The notes beneath the pieces were generated by a model, which saw only the letters and a list, made by a program, of their open reading frames with translations, ran no database searches and had not been told where the DNA came from. Below are positions 19,073 through 29,357 of a stretch of DNA of 64,000 bases, one piece after another (within the stretch, counting starts at the first letter, position 1; each line of letters begins with the position of its first letter). The translations under genes were made by a program, and so were the position numbers. The stretch is from a bacterium (GTDB taxonomy: Bacteria > Patescibacteriota > Andersenbacteria > UBA10190). The stretch is taken from NCBI GenBank assembly GCA_043811915.1, contig JBDRMS010000006.1, positions 22,870 through 86,869 on the forward strand, in the 5' to 3' direction.

Positions 19073-20230
19073 ATGGCAATGAACATTTTGTATAGATTTT
19101 TTGCCATACACCCGCGGCAGTCGCTTAAAGAAATGTACATGTTTTCCGTGCTATTTTCTTTTGCTAGTGCATTGATCTTAATCTTTGAGCCCGTTTTCTT
19201 CTATCAGGAAGGATTTAGCTTGTCGAAAATAGCCTTGTACTACGCATTGCATTATTCATTATACGTAATATTACTGCCCCTGGGAGGAAAATTTGCCGGG
19301 CGGTTTGGTTTGGAACGATCATTGGCGCTGTCGATGCCGCTTTTTGTGGTGTACTTTGTTACGCTGGCGGCTATTCCTCTGGCGCCTGGTCTTTTCTGGT
19401 TGGCTTGGGTACTGCTGACGGTGTTCAAGATATTTTATTGGCCGGCCTATCACACGGAGATTTGCCGTTTCGGAGACGCGGCTAATCGGGGGACCGAGTT
19501 GTCATGGTTGATCGCGCTGACGAGCGGCGCGGGAGCTATCGGGCCGATTGTCGGCGGTTTTGTGGCGGCTTACTTTGGATTTTCCGTGTTGTTTGTGTCG
19601 GCAGCCTGCCTGGCATTGCTGGCGACCTTTCCTTTGTTGTTGACCAAAGAACGTTATCGACCGCAGACATTTCCCTACTCCCTGCCGTGGCGGATGATGG
19701 GTATGCGCCGTTACCGAGGCATGGTGTTGACTATGGTGGGCTGGGGCGAAAATCTGATTGACTTGGTGTTTTGGCCAATCTTTATGTTTATTATCCTGGG
19801 CGGGACGCAGAAATTAGGGCTGGTGGCTTCGATTAACGTGTTGGTGATGAGTATATTAGGATTCTTTGTTGGTGAAATTAGTGACCGTTTCTCACGCCGG
19901 CAGATTATTCGATTGCACATTCCTTTTATGATTCTGGGCTATTTGTTTCGGCCGCTGGCCTCGACGTCGCTGCGGGTTTTCCTGACGGATACGTTGTCGA
20001 AGGCGGCACTGATCGGGGTCAGAATACCGATGTGGCATATTCTGTACCAGCGGGGCAGGCGGGAAGGGGCGCTCCGGTACGCGGTGACTTTTGAGATGGT
20101 GCTGGCCGTGTCGAAAGCCGCCGTGGCTTTTGTGCTGGTCGGAGTGTTTGCCGTATCGCTGCCTTACACAGGGTTCACGCTGGCCTGGATGATGGCGGCA
20201 GCTTTAACGCTGTTGTATGTATTTTTGTAA
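19073..20230 (+). CDS. polytopic membrane protein, MFS-transporter-like
   Basis: 385 aa, about 10-12 TM helices with a central loop. No diagnostic motif beyond topology. Confidence 0.45.
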   Translation: MAMNILYRFFAIHPRQSLKEMYMFSVLFSFASALILIFEPVFFYQEGFSLSKIALYYALHYSLYVILLPLGGKFAGRFGLERSLALSMPLFVVYFVTLAAIPLAPGLFWLAWVLLTVFKIFYWPAYHTEICRFGDAANRGTELSWLIALTSGAGAIGPIVGGFVAAYFGFSVLFVSAACLALLATFPLLLTKERYRPQTFPYSLPWRMMGMRRYRGMVLTMVGWGENLIDLVFWPIFMFIILGGTQKLGLVASINVLVMSILGFFVGEISDRFSRRQIIRLHIPFMILGYLFRPLASTSLRVFLTDTLSKAALIGVRIPMWHILYQRGRREGALRYAVTFEMVLAVSKAAVAFVLVGVFAVSLPYTGFTLAWMMAAALTLLYVFL

Positions 20231-20236
20231 AATTAG

Positions 20237-20319
20237 TGCCGGAGGTGGGACTCGAACCCACATGAGCTAAGCTCACACGATTTTGAGTCGTGCGCGTCTC
20301 CCGATTCCGCCACTCCGGC
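20237..20319 (-). tRNA. tRNA-Leu (anticodon CAA), type II with long variable arm
   Basis: Reverse complement GCCGGAGTGGCGGAATCGGGAGACGCGCACGACTCAAAATCGTGTGAGCTTAGCTCATGTGGGTTCGAGTCCCACCTCCGGCA. Has a 7-bp acceptor stem, an anticodon stem CACGA/TCGTG with loop CTCAAAA, a long variable hairpin and a GGGTTCGAGTCCC T-arm. Confidence 0.8.
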
Positions 20320-20437
20320 TGGTAGCACCATACAGAAAAAGAACAAAATAACAAGTGTGTACAGAAATTATTCTATACTCTACACTGGTAGTATGTTGAT
20401 TAGTATAGCGACGAATTCCTTCTAAGGCTAAAGCATT

Positions 20438-21202
20438 ATGGCTGAAGTTGTAGCAATTACTAATCAGAAAGGGGGAGTAGGAAAAACTACCACCAGTATT
20501 AATCTGGGAAGTTATTTGGCATCCAATGGCCGGCCGACGGTGATCATTGATCTTGATTCGCAGGCGAATGCTACTTGCGGGTTGGGAATTGAGCTCGGGG
20601 CTGATACGCCGACTTTGTATGAAGTGCTAACTGGTCGAGTGGGTGCCCTGGATGCTTTGCAGCCGACGGCTCACGAGAATCTTAATATTATAGCTTCGAC
20701 GCCTAATTTAGCTGGGGCGGCCATTGAATTGATGCAGCAGCCGTATCGGGAATACAGGTTGCGGCGGGCAATTAAGCCACTCAAAGAGCATTTTGATTTC
20801 GTTTTGATTGATTGTCCGCCCAGCTTGGGGTTGCTCACTATAAATGGACTGGTGGCGGCAGATCGCTTGTTGATACCAGTACAGTGTGAATATTTGGCTT
20901 TAGAGGGCTTAGGGCAGCTGTTGGAGACGGTGGAGTTGGTGCGGGCGCATCTTAACCCTCGTTTGCAGGTGCTGGGGGCTTTGCTTACTATGTACGATCG
21001 GCGAGTGGCCATGGCACGCAGGATAGTGCGCGAGGTGAGAAAGACGTTTCCGGGGCATGTGTTTGAGAGTGTTATTCCGCGTAATACCGAGTTAGCCGAA
21101 GCGCCAAGTTGCGGACAATCAATAATTAACTATGCTGGTGCGTCACGGGGGGCTAAGGCGTACGAGTATCTGGCAGATGAACTCTTAAATTTATATTCAT
21201 GA
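20438..21202 (+). CDS. parA: chromosome partitioning ATPase ParA/Soj
   Basis: 254 aa. Deviant Walker A (NQKGGVGKTTTSINLG). Confidence 0.85.
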   Translation: MAEVVAITNQKGGVGKTTTSINLGSYLASNGRPTVIIDLDSQANATCGLGIELGADTPTLYEVLTGRVGALDALQPTAHENLNIIASTPNLAGAAIELMQQPYREYRLRRAIKPLKEHFDFVLIDCPPSLGLLTINGLVAADRLLIPVQCEYLALEGLGQLLETVELVRAHLNPRLQVLGALLTMYDRRVAMARRIVREVRKTFPGHVFESVIPRNTELAEAPSCGQSIINYAGASRGAKAYEYLADELLNLYS

Positions 21203-22410
21203 AAAAAAATATTCTCAAAGGAGGAATTATGTCTCTTATCCCGAAGCGGGATGTAGAGGATGCGGACGATGTACTCGATCGCATAGAAGAAGAAGAGGTG
21301 GTAATACCGGAAAAACCATTAGTTACGCCATTAACAATTGATGTTGATGAGGACGACGTTGAAGAAGAGAAGAAAGAGAAGAAAGAGAAAGTTTCAGTGA
21401 TAACAGTCGAGGAGTCGGAGGAAGAAGAGATCGAAGAACCCGAGGAGGAGGTCAAAGAGTTAGGGGGAATTGAGGAGCAAGAAGAAGCTGAAGAGTCTGG
21501 GGTAAAGCCAGGGGCAACCCTCGAAGCCGCTGCAATGTGGGATAAGCATGAGGGGGATGTGCAGCACGTTGCTATTGATGACATTCAAATTAATCGTTCC
21601 CAGCCGCGGAGAAAGTTTGAAAAGGTGGAGATGCAGGAGCTGACGGATTCTGTTGCTCAACACGGTATTTTACAACCATTGGTAGTGCGGCGGGGAAAGA
21701 GTGGCAGTTATGATTTAGTGGCTGGTGAGCGGCGGCTCCGGGCGGCGAAAAGCCTGGGGTGGGAACGCGTGCCTTGTGTGGTGCGGCGTGATGTTCGCTC
21801 GGAAGCGGCCAGGATTGAGATGGCTTTGATCGAGAATATTCAGCGCGAGGACTTAAACCCAATAGAAGAGGCGCTCGCTTACCAGCAGCTTAATGAAGAA
21901 TATGGCATGACGCACGAAGAGATCGGGCAAAGAGTGGGGCGGAGCAGGGTTGGTATAACTAATACTATTCGAGTATTACAATTGCCGGACGAGGTGCGCC
22001 GGGGATTGATTGATGGTACAATATCGGCTGGTCATGCCCGAGCTATCCTGATGATTCCTGACGAGGAGAAGCAAAAACGCTTTTATAGCCATTTGGTGGC
22101 GGAGGGTTTAACGGTGCGCAAGGCAGAAACACGGGCACGGCGTATTCAACGCAGTATGAATTTGGATGATCCGCTCAGGCGCAAGCGGCGGGGACGAACG
22201 GCATTTGAAGTTGAATATAGTGGAAAACTAGAGGATACGTATGGCTTTGACACCAGATTGCGGTTTAATGAGGACAAGAACCGGTTTGAGATTATGTTTA
22301 AATGTCATAGCCAGAGGGACATTGAAGAACTGCTTGGACGGTTGCTCGGGACTAGACCCTTACCGGACAAAGTCGACAAAGACGTAATCGAAAACAAAAA
22401 AGCTAGTTAG
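21199..22410 (+). CDS. parB: chromosome partitioning protein ParB/Spo0J with ~110-aa acidic N-terminal extension
   Basis: ParB box (VAGERRLRAAKSLGWERVPCVV) and HTH region. The N-terminus is a Glu/Asp-rich low-complexity extension. Confidence 0.8.
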   Translation: MKKNILKGGIMSLIPKRDVEDADDVLDRIEEEEVVIPEKPLVTPLTIDVDEDDVEEEKKEKKEKVSVITVEESEEEEIEEPEEEVKELGGIEEQEEAEESGVKPGATLEAAAMWDKHEGDVQHVAIDDIQINRSQPRRKFEKVEMQELTDSVAQHGILQPLVVRRGKSGSYDLVAGERRLRAAKSLGWERVPCVVRRDVRSEAARIEMALIENIQREDLNPIEEALAYQQLNEEYGMTHEEIGQRVGRSRVGITNTIRVLQLPDEVRRGLIDGTISAGHARAILMIPDEEKQKRFYSHLVAEGLTVRKAETRARRIQRSMNLDDPLRRKRRGRTAFEVEYSGKLEDTYGFDTRLRFNEDKNRFEIMFKCHSQRDIEELLGRLLGTRPLPDKVDKDVIENKKAS

Positions 22411-24604
22411 TGCTGAAATTGCATTCTTTACTAGAGCAGCGAGAAGTGTTTTTGGCGCCGAAGACGAGCAGACTTTGGCACCGGGGACATTTTTCTCCCG
22501 TGGGCTTGCTCCAGTAGGCATTGGCGCAGTCTGGATACCGGTTGCAGGCGAAAAAAGTGCGACCGCGCCTGGAGCGCTTTTCCACTATTTCACCTTTGTT
22601 GCATTTAGGGCAGGTGAGGCCGGTAGTTTTCTCAATTTTTTTAATATGTTTACAGTCCGGGTAGCCGGAACAACCCATAAATGGGCCAAAGCGGCCGCGT
22701 TTGACTGCCAGGTCTTTGCCGCAGTCGGGGCACTTTTCTCCACCATTTTTTTCCTGCAGCTCCTTTTCCTCACCTACGGGCTCGGTGTGCTTGCAGTCGG
22801 GGAAGCCGGTGCAGGCTTTGAATTTGCCGAAGCGGCCCAGTTTGATAACCATTTCTTTGCCGCAATCCGGGCATGACTCGCCTGTCTTTTCCTGGGTTAA
22901 CTTCTTTTTACTAATTTCCTGCTCTTTTTTCTCGAGGTTGGAGTGAAATGGTCTGTAGAACAATTCAATAACGGGTTGCCATTCTTTGTCGCCTGTGGCG
23001 ATGAGGTCCAGGTCAGCCTCCATATTGGCAGTAAACTCGGTGTCCACAATATTGGGGAAGTGTTCCTTGAGTAGATTAGTCACCAGAGTGCCAATTTCAG
23101 ACGGGGCGAATTTTTTGTCGTCGTTTTTGGACACGTATTCGCGGCGCTGAATGGTGTCAATAGTGGGGGCATAAGTGCTGGGGCGGCCGATGCCGTACTC
23201 TTCCAGAGACTTGACCAGAGTAGCTTCGGAGTAGCGGGTAGGTGGCTGGGTGAAATGCTGTTCGGGCAGTAGTTTAGTCAGGCTGGGCGTGTCATTTTCT
23301 TTTAACAGAGGTAAAACAGTTTCTTTGAAGGCGGCTTTTTCTCCGAGAACTTTGACATAGCCGTCGAACAGAACGGTGGTACCAGTGGCACGGAAAGTGT
23401 AATTGGCGGCCTTAAGATCGGCGATGACGTTTTGTAATTTCGCATCGGCCATTTGAGAGGCAATCATGCGTTGCCAAATAAGGCGGTAGAGTTTTAGTTG
23501 TTCGGGCGAGAGGTAGTCTGTTATTTGATCTGGTGTGCGGCCGGGGTTGGTGGGACGAATGGCTTCGTGGGCCTCTTGGGCGCCCTTGGACTTCTTTTTA
23601 TAAACTCTGGGTCGGGATAAGGAATAGTCCGGTCCAAACTTATCGGTAATAGTCTGCCTGGCTTTAGTAGTAGCTTCACTGGCCAGATTGGTGGAGTCGG
23701 TACGCATATAGGTAATGAGACCGGTAGGGCCTTTCTCTCCCAGACTGATACCTTCATATAGTTGTTGGGCGACTATCATAGTGCGCCTGGCGGGAAAGCC
23801 AAGCTGGTGGGCGGCGGCTTGTTGCAGGGTGCTGGTAGTGAAAGGCGGCGGCGGGGTGCGTTTTCTTTCTTTGGTGGTAACGGCGGTGACGGTAAACACC
23901 TGGCTGGTTAAATCTTTGACAATTTTATCCATGGCGGACCGGGATGGAATGCCAAGCCTGGAAATCTTTTTGCCGTCCTCGGCATACAGGGCGGCGTCAA
24001 ATTCATGACCGTTGTGTTTTAGCCGGGCTTTCAAATTCCAATATTCCTGGGATTTGAAGGCGGCGATTTCTTCCTCGCGTTCGACGATTAAGCGGACGGC
24101 TACTGATTGTACCCGGCCGGCAGAAAGTCCGCGCCGCACTTTTTTCCAGAGCAGGGGAGAGAGCTCATAGCCGACCAGACGATCAAGTATGCGGCGAGCT
24201 TGCTGGGCGTCGACGCGGTGCTGATCAATTTTGCGCGGGTGAGCTACGGCGTGTTTAATGGCACTTTTAGTGATTTGGTCGAAAGTAATGCGTTTAGCCT
24301 TGGAAGCCGGGGTCTTAAGAACCTCTTTTAAATGCCAGGCGATGGCTTCTCCTTCACGGTCTTCATCAGTGGCGAAGTACACTTCATCGGCCTGGCCGGC
24401 TGCCTTTTTCAGTTCAGCGACATTTTTTCTGGCCTTGGCGGGAATAACATATTTGGGCTGAAAGTTTTTAGCTGTATCGACGCCCAGCACGCTTTTGGGC
24501 AAGTCACGGACATGACCGTAGCTGCTTTTGACAACAAAGCCAGCCCCCAAATATTTTTGAATGGTCTTGGCCTTGGCCGGCGACTCGACGATGACAAGCT
24601 TCAT
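22403..24604 (-). CDS. topA: DNA topoisomerase I
   Basis: 733 aa. Toprim N-terminus (MKLVIVESPAKAKTIQKYLG), catalytic Tyr region and three C-terminal C4 zinc ribbons. Confidence 0.9.
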   Translation of the reverse strand: MKLVIVESPAKAKTIQKYLGAGFVVKSSYGHVRDLPKSVLGVDTAKNFQPKYVIPAKARKNVAELKKAAGQADEVYFATDEDREGEAIAWHLKEVLKTPASKAKRITFDQITKSAIKHAVAHPRKIDQHRVDAQQARRILDRLVGYELSPLLWKKVRRGLSAGRVQSVAVRLIVEREEEIAAFKSQEYWNLKARLKHNGHEFDAALYAEDGKKISRLGIPSRSAMDKIVKDLTSQVFTVTAVTTKERKRTPPPPFTTSTLQQAAAHQLGFPARRTMIVAQQLYEGISLGEKGPTGLITYMRTDSTNLASEATTKARQTITDKFGPDYSLSRPRVYKKKSKGAQEAHEAIRPTNPGRTPDQITDYLSPEQLKLYRLIWQRMIASQMADAKLQNVIADLKAANYTFRATGTTVLFDGYVKVLGEKAAFKETVLPLLKENDTPSLTKLLPEQHFTQPPTRYSEATLVKSLEEYGIGRPSTYAPTIDTIQRREYVSKNDDKKFAPSEIGTLVTNLLKEHFPNIVDTEFTANMEADLDLIATGDKEWQPVIELFYRPFHSNLEKKEQEISKKKLTQEKTGESCPDCGKEMVIKLGRFGKFKACTGFPDCKHTEPVGEEKELQEKNGGEKCPDCGKDLAVKRGRFGPFMGCSGYPDCKHIKKIEKTTGLTCPKCNKGEIVEKRSRRGRTFFACNRYPDCANAYWSKPTGEKCPRCQSLLVFGAKNTSRCSSKECNFSTN

Positions 24605-24644
24605 ACTGGGAGTTAACTAGTAATGCAAATTTAAGTCAAGAAAA

Positions 24645-25517
24645 CTACTTCTTGATGTAGCGCATGCCGCCGGTGTTGAGGGCGATTTCCATCAGCTCCA
24701 GTTCGGTTAGGGCGACAGCCAGGACGGTGGAAGGCAGCTTGGTTTGTTCAACTAATTCATCGATGTGCAGGGGCTGACTTCCCAGGGCAGCGGCGACGGT
24801 TTTCTGGTCGCGGGTTAATTTTGCCTGGTTGATCTCTGCGATATCAGGAGAGGATAGGCCATATAAATTCAGAATATCCTCGGCACTTATTACTGGGGTG
24901 GCGCCTTGTTGAATGAGAAAGTTGACGCCAGCTGCCAGGGAGTCGGTGATAGCACCGGGGACGGCTAACACTTCGCGGCCGGACTCCAGGGCCAGGCGGG
25001 CAGTGATAAGCGAGCCAGAGCGCTGGGCGGCTTGCACGACAAAGGTAGCCTGGCAGAGTCCGGCGATAATTCGGTTGCGAACAGGAAATTGTCCCAGGTG
25101 AGGAGGGGTGCCGGCGGGGTATTCGGATATAATAGACCCCCCGGCGTCGATAATTTGGTGCAGCAGTCCGGCGTGAATCTTGGGATAGATGGACCCGTCG
25201 TCTAAGCCGGAGCCAAGGACGGCTATGGTCGGTGTGCCAAATTCGAGGCACAGGCGGTGGGCCATGGAGTCGATGCCATAGGCTAAACCGGAAACCAGTG
25301 GCAGGCTGACCTGGACAACGGGAGTCAGTATTTTGGAGACGCACTGCCTGCCGTAAGAATTGGGCCGGCGGCTGCCGACCACGGCTAGAAGCTGGGGAGA
25401 ACTTAAGACGGCAGGATCGCCGCGCAGATAGAGCACTGGCGGCGGATCATGAATCTCCCGCAGCAGCGAGGGGTAATTTTTGCTGTTTATACTGATGGTC
25501 TGAATGTCGGGAGACAC
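24645..25517 (-). CDS. dprA: DNA processing protein DprA/Smf
   Basis: 290 aa. Rossmann-like DprA core (LAVVGSRRPNSYG...AQRSGSLITA) and C-terminal winged-helix-like tail. The ORF start overlaps the mfd 3' end by 71 nt, so the true start may be an internal Met. Confidence 0.75.
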   Translation of the reverse strand: MSPDIQTISINSKNYPSLLREIHDPPPVLYLRGDPAVLSSPQLLAVVGSRRPNSYGRQCVSKILTPVVQVSLPLVSGLAYGIDSMAHRLCLEFGTPTIAVLGSGLDDGSIYPKIHAGLLHQIIDAGGSIISEYPAGTPPHLGQFPVRNRIIAGLCQATFVVQAAQRSGSLITARLALESGREVLAVPGAITDSLAAGVNFLIQQGATPVISAEDILNLYGLSSPDIAEINQAKLTRDQKTVAAALGSQPLHIDELVEQTKLPSTVLAVALTELELMEIALNTGGMRYIKK

Positions 25518-28458
25518 GTTCTAATTCTAGCAGTAATTGTCGGACAAGACGGGGTGTTATATTGGCCGTCTTTAAAATCAGGGTATTGCCCTGCATTTGC
25601 CAGGGGGCAGACCTGGCCAGAAAGGGCAGTATTTTAGATAGGTTACTTCCTTTGATGGATAGTCGCTGGAAAGGAATTTTGCCCGGAGGCGAAATGGTAA
25701 TTGAGCCTAACCCGGTTATGCCGAGCTGGGCAGCTACTTGTCGGAGTTTTAATTGCAGGATAAAATTAGCAGCTTCTAGGGGTAATGGACCGTATGTCCG
25801 GGCAAGTTTTTGAGTATGTTCGGCAAGTTGCTCCGGGCTTCGGGCGCGAGTGAGGCGTCCGTACCAGCCCGTGCGTTCGGTGAGATCGGGTATGTAGTCG
25901 GTGGGGATAGCAGCGGCAAGCGGCAGGTGGATGTCAACTTCATGTTGAGAAACAAAATCCCCTTGTTCTTTTTGAGTGGCTTCTTTGACCAGATCGAGGT
26001 ACAGAGCCAGGCCTACTCCCTGAATGGCACCGGATTGTTCGGCGCCCAGGAGATTGCCGGCCCCGCGCAGCTCCAGGTCGCGGCGCGCCAGCTGCCAACC
26101 GGAGCCAAGGCGGGAAGCTTCGGTTAAGGCGGTGAGACGGTGTCGTTGCAGAGGAGTGAGTCGTTGTGAGCTGTACAAGAAGTAGGCATGCCCCTGGCGC
26201 TCACGGCGTCCAATGCGTCCTCGCAACTGATACAGATCGGACAAGCCGAAATGGGTGGCGTTGACTACAATTATGGTATTGGCGTTTGGCAAATCCAGGC
26301 CACTTTCGATGATGGTTGAGGTAACTAAAACATCAATTTGTCCGGTGTCGAACCGGTGCATGGTGGCGGCCAGGTCGGCATCTGGCATTTGTCCGTGGGC
26401 AACAGAGAGGCGGGTGTTCGGTAGCAGGGCGCGCAGACGTTCTTGTAGAGATGGTAGCTGCCTGACTCGAGGAGCGACTACATAGACCTGGCCATGGCGA
26501 GACAGTTCGTATCGGATGGCTTTGACGATGATGGCGTCATTGTCATGGCTGACTGTGATGGTAACACCTTTGCGTCCGGCCGGCGGAGTGGAGATAATAG
26601 ATAAAGTTTTAAGGTTGGATAGAGCCAGGGACAAAGTGCGGGGAATGGGAGTAGCGGAAAGAGAAAGAATATCGATACTGGCGCGTAGTTTTTTGAAGGA
26701 TTCTTTTTGCTCTACGCCGAAGCGTTGTTCTTCGTCGATAATAGCCAGGCTCAAGGCTTGCCATTTGATGTGAGGTGAGATTAGGCCGTGAGTGCCAACG
26801 ACAATAGCGATGGTGCCATCAGCCATACCCTGACGGACGCGGGCCTGTTCGGTGGGAGTGGAAAAACGTGACAGCAAGGCTATTTTATTGGCCAGATGAG
26901 GCAGGCGGCTTTTCAGAGTATCGAAATGTTGCTGGACAAGCAGAGTGGTTGGGGCGAGCAAGGCCACTTGTCGGTTGTTAGTGGCGGCCAGGTAGGCGGC
27001 TCGGATAGCTATTTCTGTTTTACCAAAACCAACATCGCCGACCAGAAGGCGGTCCATAGGTTGGGCTTGAATGAAGTCATGCTGAACGTCCTGCCAGGTC
27101 TGTATCTGATCGGGAGTGAGAGTGTAAGGAAAATTTTTGTCAAGGGTAGTGTTGGTAGCCCAATCTATGATGTAGCGGGGGCGAGTAGCCTTATGGCGTT
27201 TGCGCGCCAGGTGAAGTAGTTCACGAGCCAGGAGGGCGGCATTAACGCTAGCTTTGCGCTTAGTGGTTTTCCAGGCGGTATCGGACAAACGACCTAAGGG
27301 GGGTTTGCCCTGGCCGATGTAGGCCGTGACCTTGTGAGCAAAAGTAACGGGAACGGACAGGGAATCGCCTTCGGCGTAGCGCAGGACGAGGTATTCCCGG
27401 GTTATGCCGCCGATATTGCGTTGAATTAATCCTTCGTAAATACCGATGCCGTGGTCGCTATGGACGGCGGGTTGCTCAACGGTCAGGGATTGAATAAGCT
27501 CCAGGCCGCGTTGATATGTGATGGGGCTGGGTGGCTGTGATTGCGAAGGGAGAAGATCTTCGGAGATAAGATTAGTTATGCTATTGGGGAAGAGAATATC
27601 GGGGTGAAGGGCGTCGTCGATTATTGTGTAATGGGCAGTAATGTTTGTTAGGTGGGAAGGCCGGATAGCCAGGCTATTTTTTAGCAGGGTGTCCCAGGTG
27701 GTGGTGTTACGGGGAAAGCCAAGGGGGGGCAGGGTAATCTGATTGATGATTTTATTGCGCTTGCCCACCCGGATAATTTGTTCAATAGTTCGGCGGTGAA
27801 AAGTTAGAGCGTGGCGTTGGGGCCGATAGGGATGATTGATGATTATATTTTCTCCTTTGATGACGAAGGTGCCAGGTTCTGCCTGGCGGTGTTGTCGCAG
27901 ATAACCCAGGTTAATAAGCTTTTTTGTTAGCTGCTGGATAGAGTGATCTTCGCCGACAGTCAGAGTTATATGTTGCTGCCGGTATTGAATAGGGTCTGGC
28001 AGGGAAGTGTTCAGGAGAGATGCCGGCAGGACGAAGTGATGATTGCGGTGGCGGGAGTCAAGCAGGGCATGCAGAGCACGGCTCAGGCTGGTGGTGATTT
28101 GGCCGGACGTTTCCTGGGCTGATAACTGGCCGGAAATGAGGTGCCAGTGCTGGTCAAGGTCCAGCTGCTTGTTCCAGGTGGAGATATTGTTGAGTAGTTT
28201 TTGTGCCTGGGCAGGAGAGGCGTCTACAATAACTATTTTTCTGATGTTTGGAGCAGGCCAGTAGGCGGCCAAAAGAGCTTTTTGCCGGCGGGAAAGGTTT
28301 AGAGATAAGGTATTATGACTTTGGGCAGCTTTTTTATTGAGGACGTCGCAGAACCGTGCCAGCGATTGTTTTACAGAAGATGTTTTATTTGACATACAGA
28401 TAGGTGATGTATACACTTTCTGACAGTCAAATTCTATGGCATTTGAGAAAGAACTCAA
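25447..28458 (-). CDS. mfd: transcription-repair coupling factor Mfd (shortened N-terminus)
   Basis: 1003 aa. SF2 helicase motifs (GDVGFGKTEIAIRAAYLA, DEEQRFGV, LRGRIGRRERQGHAYFLY), an RNAP-interacting-like region and a C-terminal TRCF-like domain. Length favours Mfd over RecG. Confidence 0.7.
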   Translation of the reverse strand: MSSFSNAIEFDCQKVYTSPICMSNKTSSVKQSLARFCDVLNKKAAQSHNTLSLNLSRRQKALLAAYWPAPNIRKIVIVDASPAQAQKLLNNISTWNKQLDLDQHWHLISGQLSAQETSGQITTSLSRALHALLDSRHRNHHFVLPASLLNTSLPDPIQYRQQHITLTVGEDHSIQQLTKKLINLGYLRQHRQAEPGTFVIKGENIIINHPYRPQRHALTFHRRTIEQIIRVGKRNKIINQITLPPLGFPRNTTTWDTLLKNSLAIRPSHLTNITAHYTIIDDALHPDILFPNSITNLISEDLLPSQSQPPSPITYQRGLELIQSLTVEQPAVHSDHGIGIYEGLIQRNIGGITREYLVLRYAEGDSLSVPVTFAHKVTAYIGQGKPPLGRLSDTAWKTTKRKASVNAALLARELLHLARKRHKATRPRYIIDWATNTTLDKNFPYTLTPDQIQTWQDVQHDFIQAQPMDRLLVGDVGFGKTEIAIRAAYLAATNNRQVALLAPTTLLVQQHFDTLKSRLPHLANKIALLSRFSTPTEQARVRQGMADGTIAIVVGTHGLISPHIKWQALSLAIIDEEQRFGVEQKESFKKLRASIDILSLSATPIPRTLSLALSNLKTLSIISTPPAGRKGVTITVSHDNDAIIVKAIRYELSRHGQVYVVAPRVRQLPSLQERLRALLPNTRLSVAHGQMPDADLAATMHRFDTGQIDVLVTSTIIESGLDLPNANTIIVVNATHFGLSDLYQLRGRIGRRERQGHAYFLYSSQRLTPLQRHRLTALTEASRLGSGWQLARRDLELRGAGNLLGAEQSGAIQGVGLALYLDLVKEATQKEQGDFVSQHEVDIHLPLAAAIPTDYIPDLTERTGWYGRLTRARSPEQLAEHTQKLARTYGPLPLEAANFILQLKLRQVAAQLGITGLGSITISPPGKIPFQRLSIKGSNLSKILPFLARSAPWQMQGNTLILKTANITPRLVRQLLLELERVSRHSDHQYKQQKLPLAAAGDS

Positions 28459-29239
28459 GAAATTAGGGATGAAAGATAAAGAGGCGGCGGTCTACCTGGC
28501 GGCTTTGCAACTGGGTCCATCGCCGGCGCAGTTGATTGGCCGTGAGGCCGATGTGGTACGGGCGACTACGTATGTAATCTTAGAGGGGCTAATGAAACAG
28601 GGACTGGTGACGAAATTCAGGGAAAAAAAAAGGACGTTGTTTGCGGCAGAGCCGCCGCGATTGCTGATGAGCCTGCTGGAAAAACAGGAGGAGGCGGTGG
28701 AAGAAAAGAAGCAGGAATTGGAGGAGTTGTTACCAGGTCTGCAGATGTTGATGAAAACGGCCGGAGGAGAGCCGACGGTGAGATATTTTGATGGAGTGGA
28801 GGGGCTGCGGACTATCAGGCGAGAGATGTTGATGTACAGCCATCCGGGTGACACTTGGTATAGTTTTACGCCTATTGATCATCTTAATGCGGTGTTAGGT
28901 ATGGACGAGGAGAACTATTACCAGCAGCGTATTGCTAAGGGGATACGAACCAATACTATCTTTTCGACCAGATCGCCGAAGGTTAAAAAAGAGCTGCTTT
29001 CCGCTCACAAAGATGAGTTGACGCAAAGGAGGTTTGTTTCATCGAAGGTATTTCCAAGTCCTAGCGGTACGACCATCTTTCGAGATAGAATTGCTATCGG
29101 GTCGTATACAGGAAAGATTGGCGGGGTGATTATTGAGAGTGCAGAAATGGCAGATATGATGCGGCGTCTGTTTGAGCTGGCTTGGCGGGGAATAATTGAG
29201 AAGAGCGGGGAGGTCAAAAAAACGGCTCCTCTCAATTAA
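28436..29239 (+). CDS. TrmB-like HTH transcriptional regulator
   Basis: 267 aa. N-terminal winged-helix resembling TrmB (KEAAVYLAALQLGPSPAQLIGREADVVRATTYVILEGLMKQGLV) plus a C-terminal sensor-like domain. Confidence 0.45.
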   Translation: MAFEKELKKLGMKDKEAAVYLAALQLGPSPAQLIGREADVVRATTYVILEGLMKQGLVTKFREKKRTLFAAEPPRLLMSLLEKQEEAVEEKKQELEELLPGLQMLMKTAGGEPTVRYFDGVEGLRTIRREMLMYSHPGDTWYSFTPIDHLNAVLGMDEENYYQQRIAKGIRTNTIFSTRSPKVKKELLSAHKDELTQRRFVSSKVFPSPSGTTIFRDRIAIGSYTGKIGGVIIESAEMADMMRRLFELAWRGIIEKSGEVKKTAPLN

Positions 29240-29265
29240 CTGTGCTACCGGAACCACTCGTGATT

Positions 29266-29357
29266 CCCTCTCCCCTCATGGGGAGAGGGAAGGGTGAGGG
29301 GTGTCTGGGGCCGTTTTGACCCTCACCCCCGCCCTCTCCCTAGCCAGGGAGAGGGGG
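29266..29357. repeat. nested GC-rich palindromic element (GGGAGAGGG / CCCTCTCCC x3, GGGTGAGGG / CCCTCACCC)
   Basis: Contains hairpin CCCTCTCCCC-tcat-GGGGAGAGGG. A longer hairpin GGGAGAGGGAAGGGTGAGGG...CCCTCACCCCCGCCCTCTCCC follows, then a third GGGAGAGGGGG. Multiple mutually exclusive stem-loops can form. Confidence 0.5.

Noticed and set aside
20320-20437. DnaA-box cluster / origin upstream of parAB
   Set aside because: No TTATCCACA-like 9-mers are visible in the parA upstream region, so oriC cannot be asserted from this window.
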